From Anolis carolinensis (Eukaryota), in the NCBI RefSeq assembly GCF_035594765.1, contig NC_085845.1, positions 161,278,897 to 161,342,896 on the forward strand: a DNA stretch of 64,000 nt, written 5' to 3'. The notes below the pieces were generated by a model that searched no databases, was not told the DNA's origin, and was given only the letters and a program-made list of their open reading frames with translations. The first letter of the stretch is position 1. Each line of letters starts with the position of its first letter. Position numbers and translations under genes: made by a program. Positions 36,900 through 50,085 of this stretch are shown here, in pieces.

Positions 36900-39800
36900 C
36901 TAAACACCTTTGCAGAAGCATACGAGAAGCTCGGCCTCACATTGAACATTGAGAAAACCAAAGTGCTTTTCCAGCAGGCACCAGCCAATCCCTCTGCAAT
37001 ACAGCTTAATGGTGTAACATTAGAAAATGTTGACCATTTTTGCTACCTTGGCAGCCACCTCTCCACAAAAATCAACATTGACACTGAAATACAACACCGC
37101 CTGAGCTCTGTGAGTGCAGCATTCTTCCGAATGAAGCAGAGAGTGTCTGAGGATCATGACATCCATAGAGACACCAAGGTGCTTGTTTATAAAACTACTG
37201 TCCTCCCAACCCTGCTATATGCTTGCAAAACATGGACTGTCTACAGGCGTCACACTAACTCCTGGAATAATTCCACTAGCGTTGCCGCCAAAGAATCCTG
37301 CAAATCTCTTGGGAAGATGGGAGGACAAATGTCAGCATGCTGGAAGAAGCAAAGACCACCAGCATTGAAGCAATGCTCCTATGGCATCAACTCTGCTGTA
37401 TTGGCCACATAGTCCAAATGCCCGATCACCATCTCCCAAAGCAGTTACTATACTCCCAACTCAAGAACAGAAAACGCAATGTTGGTGGACAGGAAAAGAG
37501 ATTTAAAGATTTAAAGCTAACCTCAAAACTATGGCATAGACACTTAGAATTGGGAAGCCCTGGCCCTTGTGCACTCTAACTATAGGTCAGCTGTGACCAG
37601 CAGTGCAGTGGAATTTGAAGAGGCATGAATGGAGGGAGAAAGGGAGAAACATGCCAAGAGGAAGACACGTCAAGCCAACCCTGACTGGGATTGCCTTCCA
37701 TCTGGAATCTGATGCCCTCACTGTGAAGAACATGCGGGTCAAGAATAGGACTCCACAGTCACCTACGAACCCACCGCCAAGACACTACACTTAGAGAGCC
37801 ATCATACTCGGACAACGAGAGATCGCCTAAGTAAGTAAGTATAGTTTGGTATTCAGGCATTATTGCTATTGATGTTATTGTCATTATTTTAAATTTGTAT
37901 GAGATCATTACAAAAATAATAATAATAGCAGCATGTGAAATAATTTATTTCTCCATTCTCTCCAGTGTTGAAGACCAGTGATAAGCAACTTTAAGTAAAT
38001 ATTTGATGTACTTACCTTATACTAGGGAGAAGGATAATCATTTTTTGGCCTCACTGGAGGAAGGTGGGTTATAAATCTAGCCAAAATCTTTTTCACTGTG
38101 AGCCACTTTGAGTCCCATTATTGTGAGAGGAGTGAGATATAAATCCAATAAATAAATCATTTTCAAAACAAATAAATAATTCTCATGAGATAAAGGAGCT
38201 CATCTCATACCCTCCAGCATCAGGGCCATTGTAAAATCACTGGTGGTTTTTCAACAGTCAGAAACAGAACACTAGAGTTCCACTGATCTCAGTTATAAAT
38301 TTTTCCACTGAGAAAATACTGATGACATACATTGCAAGCAGGGCTATATACTTTGGAGGGGAGGAGGAATCCCCAGCAGAGACATCAGTCTTGCCCAATG
38401 GCATTCAAATCGCACACAGGAGAACAGCTATACCTTCATACCATATAATAAATAGCTTTACTTTCACATTGCAATGCACAGATTTGTGTAATAACTCTAA
38501 CACTGGGAGGTTGTTGCTGTCTGTGCAAAGAGAAGATAAATAATGGTTACGTGCACTTCCAGCTCTCAGACAGACATTGCAAACTGAGACTAAATTCAAC
38601 AAATCTGACACATTTTCTCACACTTTATATCCTCTACCATCTGATAAAGAAAAATAGACATTTTAGTAATCTGGAGCAATGACTGCTGTGCCTCTGTAAT
38701 ACCATCAGTCATATAAACCAGCAACACAATTGCATCCCATCAGAGTTGCAGGCAGACGGATCTGTACAAGTGTTTAGCATCAGGGTGCAGATAAAATTAA
38801 AATGAGAAAATACACAAACTTACAGCCAACCAGTTGGAATGCTGAAAAGGTGCCAGCATGACGAAGAAGCAAATTTTTCAGAACTGCAACTGACAGTCAG
38901 TGTACAGAATGAAAATGCATGGAGAACATTTCCGATTAAAGAACAATTCTGGCTGTTTTTTTATTTCTCGTTTTTTGCCTCTTCAGGCCACCTCACATCC
39001 CACACAACTTCCTTGTTCCATCATAATTTAATATTTCAATGGAGGACATTTGCCTCTACTTTTTTCCTGAACTTCCAGTCACCATTCATTTATTTAATAT
39101 GAATCTTAATGCAACTAAAATCCTATGTAATTAGGTGTTTACTTTGAAGGCGATAGTACAACCCTCTCTTTCCACAGAATTGATATCTATTGTTTCATTT
39201 ATCCACGCTCCCAAAAATATCCCCCCCCCCATCCAGAAGTGTGTGTGGGTCTCTCTAGATGCTCCAATACAATTCTATAGTATGCTTCTGACCCAAGTAT
39301 GGTGAAAATATAGAGATCACTATTATCCACAGGAGGTGTTGGAATTTATGCCCTGTGGACATGGGAATTGAACTCTTCCATCAAAACCTTCCTGGTTAAA
39401 AAAGGGGGCAATTACCTGAGAAAGATTGTGTGAAAGTAATACTGGAACAAGACAGGAAGTTAACTTGCTTGAGGGATCCCAATGAATGAAAACAACACTG
39501 ACTGACAATAACAAGTCCATGGCAGATGCAGAAAGATATAATTAGACTTGCTCTTTTTATTTTCCTGTGTCCATTATAGTTTGCATCAGAATCATTTTCT
39601 TGAAGCAGTCAATAATTTTCCCCCCAGGCCACTGTCATAAAGAGAGAGCAGCAGCTGAATTGACATTGTTATTAAGGGATATGTTGTTTTGGTCCCTTTA
39701 AGTAAAATATTGTGACAAGATATAGCCATTAGTGTGTCTGGTAGACATGCCTCCAAAAGCATTAGTCTGTATTTTAAGTCAACAAGGAATATACCCATGA

Positions 39801-40676
39801 TTATCTCAGCCACTGCAAAACAGAAGTAAATTGGTTCCATTTTGTCTCAGTTACACTTCAGTGTACTCAAAAGCAAGCCTTACCATTTCAGGTAAGTAGG
39901 ACTGGGATTTCAAACATGGTCCCAAATTACTGTCTATTACTAGTAAACAGAGAAATTATTAGCTATTACTAGGAAATTGTAAGTTGTGTCCAGTTTGCCA
40001 TACGTTTTCATATGTGAAACCATTCAGGTAAATAGATTATCCTTTCTTGATGCCTGCTCATCCTTGTAACTAAATTCAAGTTTAGTTTCACCATTACAGA
40101 AGAGCAATAAATGCAATTGAGGGAGATTATACTATCCATAATATGGGATAAAATGTTTGATTATGGAGCAACCCCCCCCCCCCCCAAAAAAACCCAATAT
40201 ATTGTTTCAGAATGGGGCTTGCTTTCTTGTTTACGCCAATACCCAAAACTGAATGCTAAGCCTTGCTTCCTTCTGGTACATTTTACTGTGATTAAGGATA
40301 AATCATTAGTCTGCTTGTAAAAAAAATGCAGTTTGTTTCTTATACTCTGTCTAATCTGTTGTTTTGCTTTATTCTTTCATATGTTGTGTGTTCTCTTTCA
40401 TATGCTGTATGTTGTGGGCACTAGAGAGCTTGGAAGCACTTTGCTGTCTCCCTAGAAATTTGTATAACCATTAGGCATTTCAAGTACACACAGAGTTTCA
40501 GGATCTCAGCTCCAGGGAAGAACAAACAAGGCTAAGAATTAAAAGGGAGAAGAGTTCAAGCCTGGATAAAAGCATATGAGTGCATCAGCACCAATGATTC
40601 TTCATGTTTAAACATTAGGCCTGCATCAAGAAAAGAGTCCTATCCGTATGCAAGAAAGATTTCAAACATTTTCCAA

Positions 40677-40750
40677 GCTTCAGGAACATAGCCATACAGC
40701 TCGAAAGACTCAAAGCAACACAGTGATTCTGGCCATGAAAACCTTCGACA
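40677..40750 (+). mobile_element. Penelope-like terminal fragment
   Basis: GGAACATAGCCATACAGCTCGAAAGACTCA...GGCCATGAAAACCTTCGACA flanked by direct repeat AAACATTTTCCAA; family assignment from recall. Confidence 0.6.
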
Positions 40751-40756
40751 AAACAT

Positions 40757-40886
40757 TTTCCAAACTTTGATCCTCCAGATGTTCTGGAGTTCATCTCCCA
40801 GGAGACACAGCCAGTTTTGCCAACAGCCAGAAATTCTGGGAATTGAAGTCCAAAACATCTGGAAGTCCAAAGACTGGGAAGCACTG
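40757..40886. mobile_element. Palindromic hAT MITE
   Basis: Inverted arms TCCAGATGTT / AACATCTGGA; end TGGGAAGCACTG. Confidence 0.7.
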
Positions 40887-41087
40887 GCATAGAATGACAT
40901 GCAAGGAAAGACGTATTCTAAGCCTCAGCCTTCTCAATTGCTCCCTTGAATATATATTAAAAATTTAAGTTCCAAAGGGGAGGCTCTTCTATGCATGAAA
41001 AGCCACAGCAGCAGAACGTATAAATCTGGATGAGAAGATACTCAACATCAACCATAATGTTCAAAAACAACTAAGGATCTCATCATA

Positions 41088-44000
41088 GACCAAGATGACA
41101 CCAAGGTAGGAGGTTTCTAGCAAAGCTCCATGGTGAAATTTATCTGAATCTTATTTCATCTGCTAATATCCATCGCTCCCCAGCTCCCTGACCACTTCCA
41201 ATTGGTATAGATGCCCATATAATATGCTAGGGTGCCAAAAAGCACTTTTGTGGGTTGATAGTGGCAGTTAGGGAGGAGAAGGAAGGAGGAAAGAACTGGC
41301 TCAAGCGCGGGGCCGCCATTCCCTAGTTGCGGCCTAGAGCCTTGTGGATGTATAGCCTGAGACCTCCGGTAAAAAGACCAAAAGAGATTAAGTGCTTTTA
41401 AGTCGTCAATAGAACTGTGACTGAAGACTTAGAACCTTTCGCTATCAAGAACTATCCCTACCTCATATTTTTACACCAATATCAATGAGTCATTAAGTGG
41501 CCAGTGCTGTGGATAGGCCTTCCATCACCTGCCGCGTCTGCCGCATTTGTTCATTCCGGCCTGGTCCCACTGCCACCCGGGGGACCTGCATTGCCTGCCA
41601 TGTGTTCATCCCATGGCTGTTCGTCCCGGTTTAGCCCCGCAGCCAGACGGTGGGCCTTTCATCACCACCATGTCGAATACTTGCTGGCCTGGCCTGCAAA
41701 AGCTGCTCCACTGTTCCAGGAGGCAGGGGGGATCTCCAACAGCGTCGGTGATGGCAGCTGCAGATCCGGGTATGGGGAGAGCACAGGGTAACTTCACTGG
41801 ACCTTGTTAGGTTCGTTGGCCCTCTGTTGAGACTCACCAAGCCCCACTTTGACTTCCCGCCAGGCCGCCTCACAAAACTGGGAGGCGGGTGCAGAGTCGG
41901 ATCACCCTACAAAGGCCAGTGCAAGGAATAAAACAGAGGCCTCCTGGGAGATGACGGTGGTGGTCGGCAAAGGGAGTCACTCTGCGGAGTCGGCATATGG
42001 AGAGGAGAAGGGAGCTGCGAGCTCACGGTTACCAACTTGTTTAGGCTGTTGGGGCCTAACTGTCTTCTCCACTGCTGTGAGAGCCTCCTCGTTAGGCCGC
42101 GGCTGAAAAATACCAACAAACTGCAGGGATACTGAAATACCTTTCCTTTTGACCCCTCCCCCCGACCTAACATCATAATAACAACTATTAAGGTTAAATG
42201 TAAGTCTGTCCTATTTTGAACACTGAATAACAACTTTGAATACTACTGCTACAACAAATGTTACATGCTGCTAAACTTGGTCCCTTCTGATTAATTTATT
42301 TAATTCTATTTTAATTAGTCCTGTGTTGGCACTTTATGAGACTATATTTGAGGCTGTAGGGGAGGCTGGAGAGTTGTGAGGACCGCAGGGTGGGGGGAGG
42401 GAATGGGTGGGAAAGAAAGCCAATCACTAAGGAAAAACCAGCAAACCAAGTAACATCATTCAGACCATAGGAAGAAGAGGGGGGGGCGCGTGATAGGGGA
42501 GGGGGTTTTCCATTGGGTGGGGGGGCCCTATAGAGGTGGTGTAAGGGAGGGGGAGATACGGGAAAGGGAGACCAAAATATCCAATTCGCCCTAGGGCTCC
42601 TGAAAGCATACTGATAGTTCCAAAATGGTCTCCTGTCATAGTTAATCTGAGTACCCAGGATGGCGGTCCCTCCAGATTAAAGGTGGTGCTGTTTAATGCC
42701 AGATCTGTAAATGGGAAGACATCTTTTATCCAAGATTTAATCCTGGAAGAACATGCAGACCTGGCATGTATAATGTAGACCTGGCTAGATGAGACTGGAG
42801 AGGTTAATCTTACCTAGCTCTGCCCGCCAGGTTACTCCGTGCAGCACCAACCAATATCTGGACGGTGGGGAGGTGGGGTCACAATGGTTTATAAGGATTC
42901 CATCCCCCTGATCAGGTGCCCCATCCTGCAGTCTTCCATGTTTGAATGTGTTCACCTGAGGGTAGGCAACCAGGACAGATTAGGAATTCTGTCTGCTGCA
43001 CTACAGTCTCCCTGCCTGAGCTAGCCGGGGTGTTCTCGGGCCTGGCATTGGAGTCCCAGCGGCTTATAATGCTGGGGGACTTCAATGTCCATTCCGAGAC
43101 CAACTTCTTAGGAGCAGCTCATGACTTCATGGCCTCCACTGCAACCATGGGGCTGTCCCAACTAGTAACAGGCCCTACCTATAGAGCTGGACACACACTG
43201 GACCTGGTTTTCTGCCAAGGATGGGAGGAAGGTGGCAGTGTGGAGGAGCTGACCATCACTTCATTGCCATGGACCGACCACCACCTGATCAGGTTTAGAC
43301 TCACTGCACCCCCCAACCTCTGCATGGGTGGAGGACGTATTAAAATGGTCCGCCCCAGGAGGCTTATGGATCCAGAGGGATTCCTGACAGCTCTTGGGGA
43401 TTTTCCCGCCTCCTCAGTAGGTGAGCCTGTCGATGCTTTGGTCTCTCGCTGGAATGGGGAGACGACTAGGGCAATAGACATGATTGCTCCAGAATGTCCC
43501 CTCTCTAGTAACTGAGCTAAACCAGCTCCTTGGTTCAATGAGGAGCTGGCAGCGATGAAGCGAAAGAAGAGGGAACTAGAGTGTGTGTGGCGATCAGAGC
43601 ACAGCGAATCAGACCGAACACGGCTATGGGCCTATTTAAGGACATATGCCATGGCAATATAAGCCGCAAAGAAAGCTTACTTTGCGGCCAATATTGCATC
43701 TGCAAAGAACCGTCTGGATGAGCTGTTTCAGATTGTCAAAGGGTTGTTAAATCCCACCATACAAGGTGGGATCCCTGACAACTCGGCAGCCCGCTGATCT
43801 GCTCTGACTTTGACGCCATATTAATGGCAGTCTCTGAGGATGTAACATGAGCACCTGCTTGTCCAGTTTTGATGGATTCATTTCAGTTTGTTGAGCTTGA
43901 GGACGTGGACAAGATCTTTGGAGAGGTGAGACCAACCACATGCATCCTAGACCCCTGCCCATCTTGGCTGGTAAAAGAAGCCAGAGGGGGTTTGGCAGAT

Positions 44001-45057
44001 TGAGTGGTGGTGGTGGTGAATGCCTCCCTTTGGGAAGGCAAATTTCCAGTGATCCTCAAAATGGCTGTGATCAAACTGCTGTTGAAGAAGCCATCACTGG
44101 ACCCCACTCAATTCGTCAACTTTCGGCCAATTTCCAATCTCCCCTATTTGGGCAAGGTCATGGAGCGTGGGGTTGCCTTGCAACTCCAGAGATTCTTGGA
44201 AGACACTGATTTTCTAGATCTGGCACAGTCTGGCTTTAGGCCGGGACATGGTACTGAGACAGCGTTGGTCGCCTTAGTCTATGATCTATACCGGGAACTG
44301 GACAGGAGGAGTGTGTCCCTGCTGGTTCTGCTGGACCTCTCAGCAGCCTTCGATACCGTTGACCACAGTATCCTTCTTTGACGCCTTACGGGGATGGAGC
44401 TTGGAGGTACTGTTTTGCAGTGGCTCCACTCATTCCTGGAGGGCCGGTCCCAGAGGGTGTTACTGCGGGACATCTGCTCGGTCCCGCAACCAAGTAAGCT
44501 GGGCCAGAACCGTTTAGTGCTAGCTTTAGCCTATAAAGCATTAAACGGTTCTGGCCCAGCTTACTTGTTTGAACGTATCTCCCGCTATGACCTACTGCGT
44601 AATTTAAAATCTTTGGGGGAGGCCCTGCTCTCGATCCCGCCAGCCTCACAAGTACAGCTGGAGGGGACGAGAGACAGTGCCTTTTCTGTGGTGGCCCCCC
44701 GCCTATGGAACACCCTCCCAAATGAGATCAGGCAGGCTCCCTCTCTCCTATCTTTTCATAAAAAAGTGAAAACTTGTCTGTGGGACCAGGCCTTTGAACA
44801 ATAGAAGCAGCATTAATTACAACTATAATGAACGTATAATATAGTGACAGACCTGGATTGGACTCGGAATGCACCTTTATTGTATATTTATATGAATGTT
44901 TTAATCTAATTAATTTTAGGTATTACCATTACCATTGTTGATTGTAAGTGAGATTGTTTTATACATGTGTTTTATATTTTTAAGCTGCCCTGAGTCCCCC
45001 CTTGGGGGTGAGAAGGGCAGGGTAGAAATGTTGTAATAAATAAATAAATAAATAATA
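41088..45057 (+). mobile_element. Near full-length decayed L2 LINE with an internal RT deletion
   Basis: APE motifs LFNARSV, MLGDFNVH, GHTLDLVF, TDHHLI; RT motifs FRPISNLPYLGKVME, QSGFRPGHGTETAL, LLDLSAAFDTVDH; (TAAA)n tail; 5' boundary inferred from a split MITE. Confidence 0.9.
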
Positions 45058-45247
45058 CTAGAGCATGGATCCACTTTAAATCCAGTTTCTGCTTCCTGCA
45101 GAATTCTGGAGCTTGTAATTTAGGAAAGGGCATTTAAACTGCTCAGCCAGATAAGGCCTGGGCCTCACTAAACTAGAAATTCCAGAATTGTGCAAGAGGC
45201 AGAAACCAGATTTAAAGTTGATCTGAGTGTAATAAAGTGGTAGGTCA
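45058..45247. mobile_element. Harbinger-like palindromic MITE (left tip probably at 41074-41087)
   Basis: Similar to 52452-52618; GGATCCACTTTAAATC arms. Confidence 0.75.
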
Positions 45248-46256
45248 AATCTGAGAGTCAGGATCTCTCAGCCAAAAAGTGCTAGGTCATATTGCAATTG
45301 ATGTTGCTGACCCAAAAGCATCACCAACTCAGGTAGCCTTCTTATAGTTCTTTTTGTTCCAGAAAGTAAAATGGCCCAGCTGGGTTGGCAGGACCAATCC
45401 AAGAAATGGGAATTTTTAAGGTGCCTTGGATGGTGCAGCAACATGCAGTTCCATTTGTGTTCACAAGCTGCCAAAGCTTTTAAGCTACAGAAGGTCCTCA
45501 CGTTATTGAGAGGTTGTTTTGCACTTTATTTTATTAAATGCCCCAAAGAGATCCCAGCTATATAACTCTTATGCTCCACTGTGCATAATTGTATGTTGGA
45601 ATGTAGTCTTTTATCCTGTGTGTCTTTCAGATTATGTCTTTAACAGTTGTTTCACACTATAATTTGAATGGATAGTACTTATTATTATATTCACATAAGC
45701 TAATTACAGGATATTACTTCTAATATAAAATCGATATTCTAAACTTATTTATTTAGATGGCAGAATCTCCTATCAGCATTCTTCTTCTCCCTATTTAATG
45801 CCGACTAAAAAAGTGTTGTGCCTTTCTGTGTTTTCCAAGCAAGATTTTTTGATATGCTGATGATTTAAGCTCTGTGATTATTCTCCATTAAACTGCTACA
45901 GAAATGCCAGCCAGGCATTATGATTTTTTTTTCACTCCAGCTGTGCTGAAACACAAGTAGATATGAAGTAATTGACCTTATTGTTCATTGAATTGTATAA
46001 TGCTTTGCTACCTACTGTTTTGTGCCACTCACGTCTCTTTATGCTTCTTCTAATGCCATGACCTCTATGGTGGATATTGCTCTCCAACACAATCCAGAAC
46101 AAGAGAAAATGGGGAGGGGGAGCTTTTATGATAAGCAAAATATTCAGTACAAGAAGTCCCTGATGTCTGAAACATCATGTCCAAGTCAATATTGCAAACT
46201 GAAAGGCTAAAATGAAAGGATAGAGATTATCATCTGAATAGGAAAGAAACATTCAG

Positions 46257-49200
46257 CAGCAGCAGCAGCTGAGTATGATTGCCTTCCAAGTGTAGAGTTT
46301 TGGAGATGGGTCCGTAGGTGACTGTAAAGGTCTATTATGGATCCACATATTCTTTTACAGTGAGGTCATCAATTTCCAGATGGAAGGCAGTCTCAAGTAG
46401 GGTTGGCTTGACACACCTTCCCCTTGACAGGTTTCTCCCTTTCGCCTTCCATTCATGCCTCTTCGAATTCCACAGTACTGTTAGTAAAAGCTAACCTCCA
46501 GTTAGAACACTCTAGGGCCAGGGCTTCCCGGTTTTTGGTGTCTCTGCCACAGTTTTTAATGTTAGCTTTAAGTTCATGTTAAATCTCTTTTTGCTGTCCA
46601 CCAACATTCCATTTTCCATTCTTGAGTTGAGCGTTTTGGGAGACGGTGATCGGGCATTCAGTCAACAGGGCAGTCCAGTGAAACTGATGGTGGAGGATCA
46701 TCACTTCAATACTGGTGGTCCGTGCTTCTTCCAGAATGCTGACATTTGTCTGCAAGCATCTTAAATATCCCTATGAACGTCCAGATTCTCAAACACTCCC
46801 TGCTTCATTCAAAAAATGCTACACTCTCAAAGCACGGTATTGTATTTCACTGTCGATGTTGACTTTTGTGGAGAGGCAGCTGTAAAGGTAGCAGAAATTG
46901 TGAACGTTTTCTAATGTTACACCATGAAGCTAAATTTCTGGAATTACAGAGAGACTGGGTGGTTCCTACTGGTAGAGCAGCTTGGTTTTTTCGATTTTCA
47001 ATGAGAGGCCACGATTTTTGTATGCTTCTGCAAAGGTGTGCAAAGTAGCTAGTAGGTCTTCTTCTGAATGAGCACAGACTACATTATCATAAGCATATTT
47101 GAGTTCTATAACAGACATTGTTGTGACTTTGTCTTTGGCTTTCAGCCTGCTGAGGTTAAATAGTTTGCCATCTATCGAATAGGTGATTCCCACACCAGTG
47201 GGAAACGTATCATCAACAAGATGCAGAATCGTAACTATGAAGATGGAAAATAAGGTTGGGGCAATAATACACCCCTATTTGACACCAGATTTCACCTTAA
47301 ATAGGTCACTTTGGGAGTCATTGCTGTCCAAGATTGTTGCCATCACGTCATCATGGAGGAGCCATAGGATGTTCACAAATTTATCAGGTCATCCGATATT
47401 CAAGAGGATGGTCCAAAGAGCATTGGAATTCACTGTTTCAAATGTCTTTGCAAGGTCAATGAATGACATGTGCAGAGGTTGGTTTTGTCCCCTGCATATT
47501 TCTTGGAGCTATTGTGCATTGAAGGTCATATCCACTGTTTCTTTGGAGGGGCAGAAGCCATTCTGAGATTCATGGAGGATGTCTTCTGTGATAGGTAAAA
47601 GGCAGCTCTAGCGTGGTCACGAGGAATTGGCTTTGTTATTTTTAATTGGCTGATGGCTTTGCTGACTTCCTTAAAACTAGGCAGTGCTGCAAGCCCCTCC
47701 CTGGTTTGTTGTGAGATTTGTAAGAAGACCTTTTGGGCCACATTGGAGATGCAGTTAAGGAAGTTATGGTAGTGCTCTTTCCAACATAGTGCTGTTGATT
47801 TTTTTGTCCTTTAGAAGTTTAGTTCCATCTGATGAACATAGAGTGTGTATGCCATGATTTGTTGGACCATAGATGATATTTCTGGCATTAAAGAATCCTT
47901 GTGTGCTATGGACATCTGTGAGGTGTTGGATTTCTTCAGCCTTTTTTGTCCACTAGATGTTCTTGTGTTCTTTGGTCCTTCTTTGGTCCTCAGTTTTTGC
48001 ATTACTGTGGATCTTTTTCTTAGCAGCACAGTTGGTATCTCTTTATCATAGTTGGAAGGGTTTCCTTTTCTTATCGATTAACTGTTGGATCTCGTTATCA
48101 TTTTCATCAAACCAGTCTTGCTGTTTCTTAGTTTGGTATCCAATGGTTTCTTCACAGACTGTAATGTTAGAAGTCTTCAATTTATTCCAATGTTCCTAAG
48201 CATTTTCAGGGTGTTCTATGAATAGATGATTCTTCACTGTTGTTTGGAGAAGGGCTCATTGAGAGAGTTTGTTTTACACTTTATCTTTCTTCCATCTGCA
48301 TTATCTGTATTATGGGAATTATCTTGTAGGCCATCGTTGATTTAATTAACCTGTGGTCTCTGGCAGTCATCAGTGCTTGTCATGGCTCTTGTGAAAAGTA
48401 CATCACAGAGTCCAAGAGGTGCCAATGCTTTGATCAGAGGTGCTTCCATGATGTCTTTAACTTGTTTTTCTGGTGGACGATCATGTTGGTGATGACAAGG
48501 TTGTATTCTGCACATTTTTTAAGAAGTAGGATGCCATTTGAGTTGCTGTTTACAACCCCTTATTTCCCTATGATCCCTGCATTAAAATCACCCATAAGGT
48601 TGATTTTGTATTCCTTAGGCATCTTCAGTATGATGGTGTCCAGCTGAAAGTAGAACTTTCCTTGATGTCTTTGTCAGCATATAGTGTTGGTGCATAGGAA
48701 CTTATGATAGTTGCCTGCTGGTTTTTGGCAACATTAATTTGGAGGGTTGAGAGTCATTCATTAATGCCAATGGGTGCTTGAGACAGATCCTTCACCAGGT
48801 CGTTTCTTGATAGGAAAGCCAATTCAGGCAGTCCCTTTCAGAAGAAGGTGTAGCTTCCTTTTTCTTTCTTCAGCTGCCCCTCTCCTGATCTCTGGGTCTC
48901 TTGGAATGCTGCTACATTGATATTAAAGTGCCTCAGCTTCCTTGCAGTAATAGCAGTCCTGTGTTCGGGGTGTTCATTGTTTGTGTTATCCAAAAGTGTC
49001 TGTATGTTTTATGTTCCAAAATTCATTTGTCTTTTTTGCCCACAAGGTGGTGACCCCTCTAGATGCATCAGTCCAGTCAGGGATAAGAGAGGTAGACTAT
49101 GTTTAGAGCACCTTTTTATTCCCCCTTCCCATAAGAGGTGAGTAGAGTATATCCTAAATAGGGCTGCTGAGTCGTAGATACAGCTGCTGGGTTGCTCAGC

Positions 49201-49699
49201 TGCCTCAGACTTTGAGGTAGATTGACTAAATCCATATCCAGTGCTAGTCTGTGGCTTGAGGCTTTCAGATTTCACAGTCCTGCCCCGACACCACTCGCTG
49301 ATCACCATGGGCCTTTGTTGGTTTTCTTTTCTTTTTATTGGAATATGCCTGTGTGTGAATTTGTTTTATGTGTGGAGAGCAGTGCACACCCAATTAACAC
49401 ACAGCCTTCACAGAGAGAATTCAGATCCAGTGGCATAGCTAACCCAACAACTGGTGACCTCTTAGCTGTTGCAGCCTTTTCCACCTTCACAGCGATTGTA
49501 ACATGTATCATGTTATTATCCACCTGCTCCACTATTGAGGATTTCAGATTGTGCTTGGTCTGGTTCCTCCCGTGGCCTTGCCGCCCTGGAAGACCCCCAC
49601 CCCCACCCCCCAGGAGCACATGACTCTGATGGCTTCTCCTGCAGGTTCACTGGAACACACAAGCTCCCTCACCATAACAAGGTGACAATCCATCAAGGT
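46257..49699 (-). mobile_element. 5'-complete but decayed RTE LINE (3.44 kb)
   Basis: Perfect 16-bp TSD GGAAAGAAACATTCAG (46241-46256, 49700-49715); MNFGT ORF start, DGKLFNLSRLKAK, YAYDNVVCAHSEEDL; many stops and frameshifts. Confidence 0.93.
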
Positions 49700-50085
49700 G
49701 GAAAGAAACATTCAGTGGGCTATGGGAAGACAAATAAAAATATCGTATAGAGAGTCAGGGTGGTGTAATGATTTGAGCATTGGACAATGACTCTAGTGAC
49801 CAGGATTAGAATATCCCTTTCCCTCCCTCACCTCATGACATGTCATTTTCACACACCAGGAGCTCTCTCCAGAGGGGTCTGCATTTGCAGCTAGGCCCTT
49901 CAAGTAATTTTGGGGGGGGGGCAATGGAGGGGTGGGGAGTGGCTGAATGCTCTCCCATGTCAACCTCTGTTTGATCCAGAACCATCCCCCAAGGGAAAGC
50001 CCAGGGTTGAGGTGTGGCCTGAATCCTGGGAGGAACTGGGTTTAAATAATCCAGTTCCTCCTGGGATTAATGCCTGTCTAAAAAG

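Larger units (their letters stand above)
34989..37840 (+). mobile_element. 5'-truncated RTE LINE interrupted by a 1.86-kb hAT-like element
   Basis: 11-bp TSD ATAGTTTGGTA (34978-34988, 37841-37851); reading frame VVCAHSEKDLQATLN|TFAEAYEKLGLTLNIEKTK rejoins across the insert; (TAAG)n tail. Confidence 0.92.
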
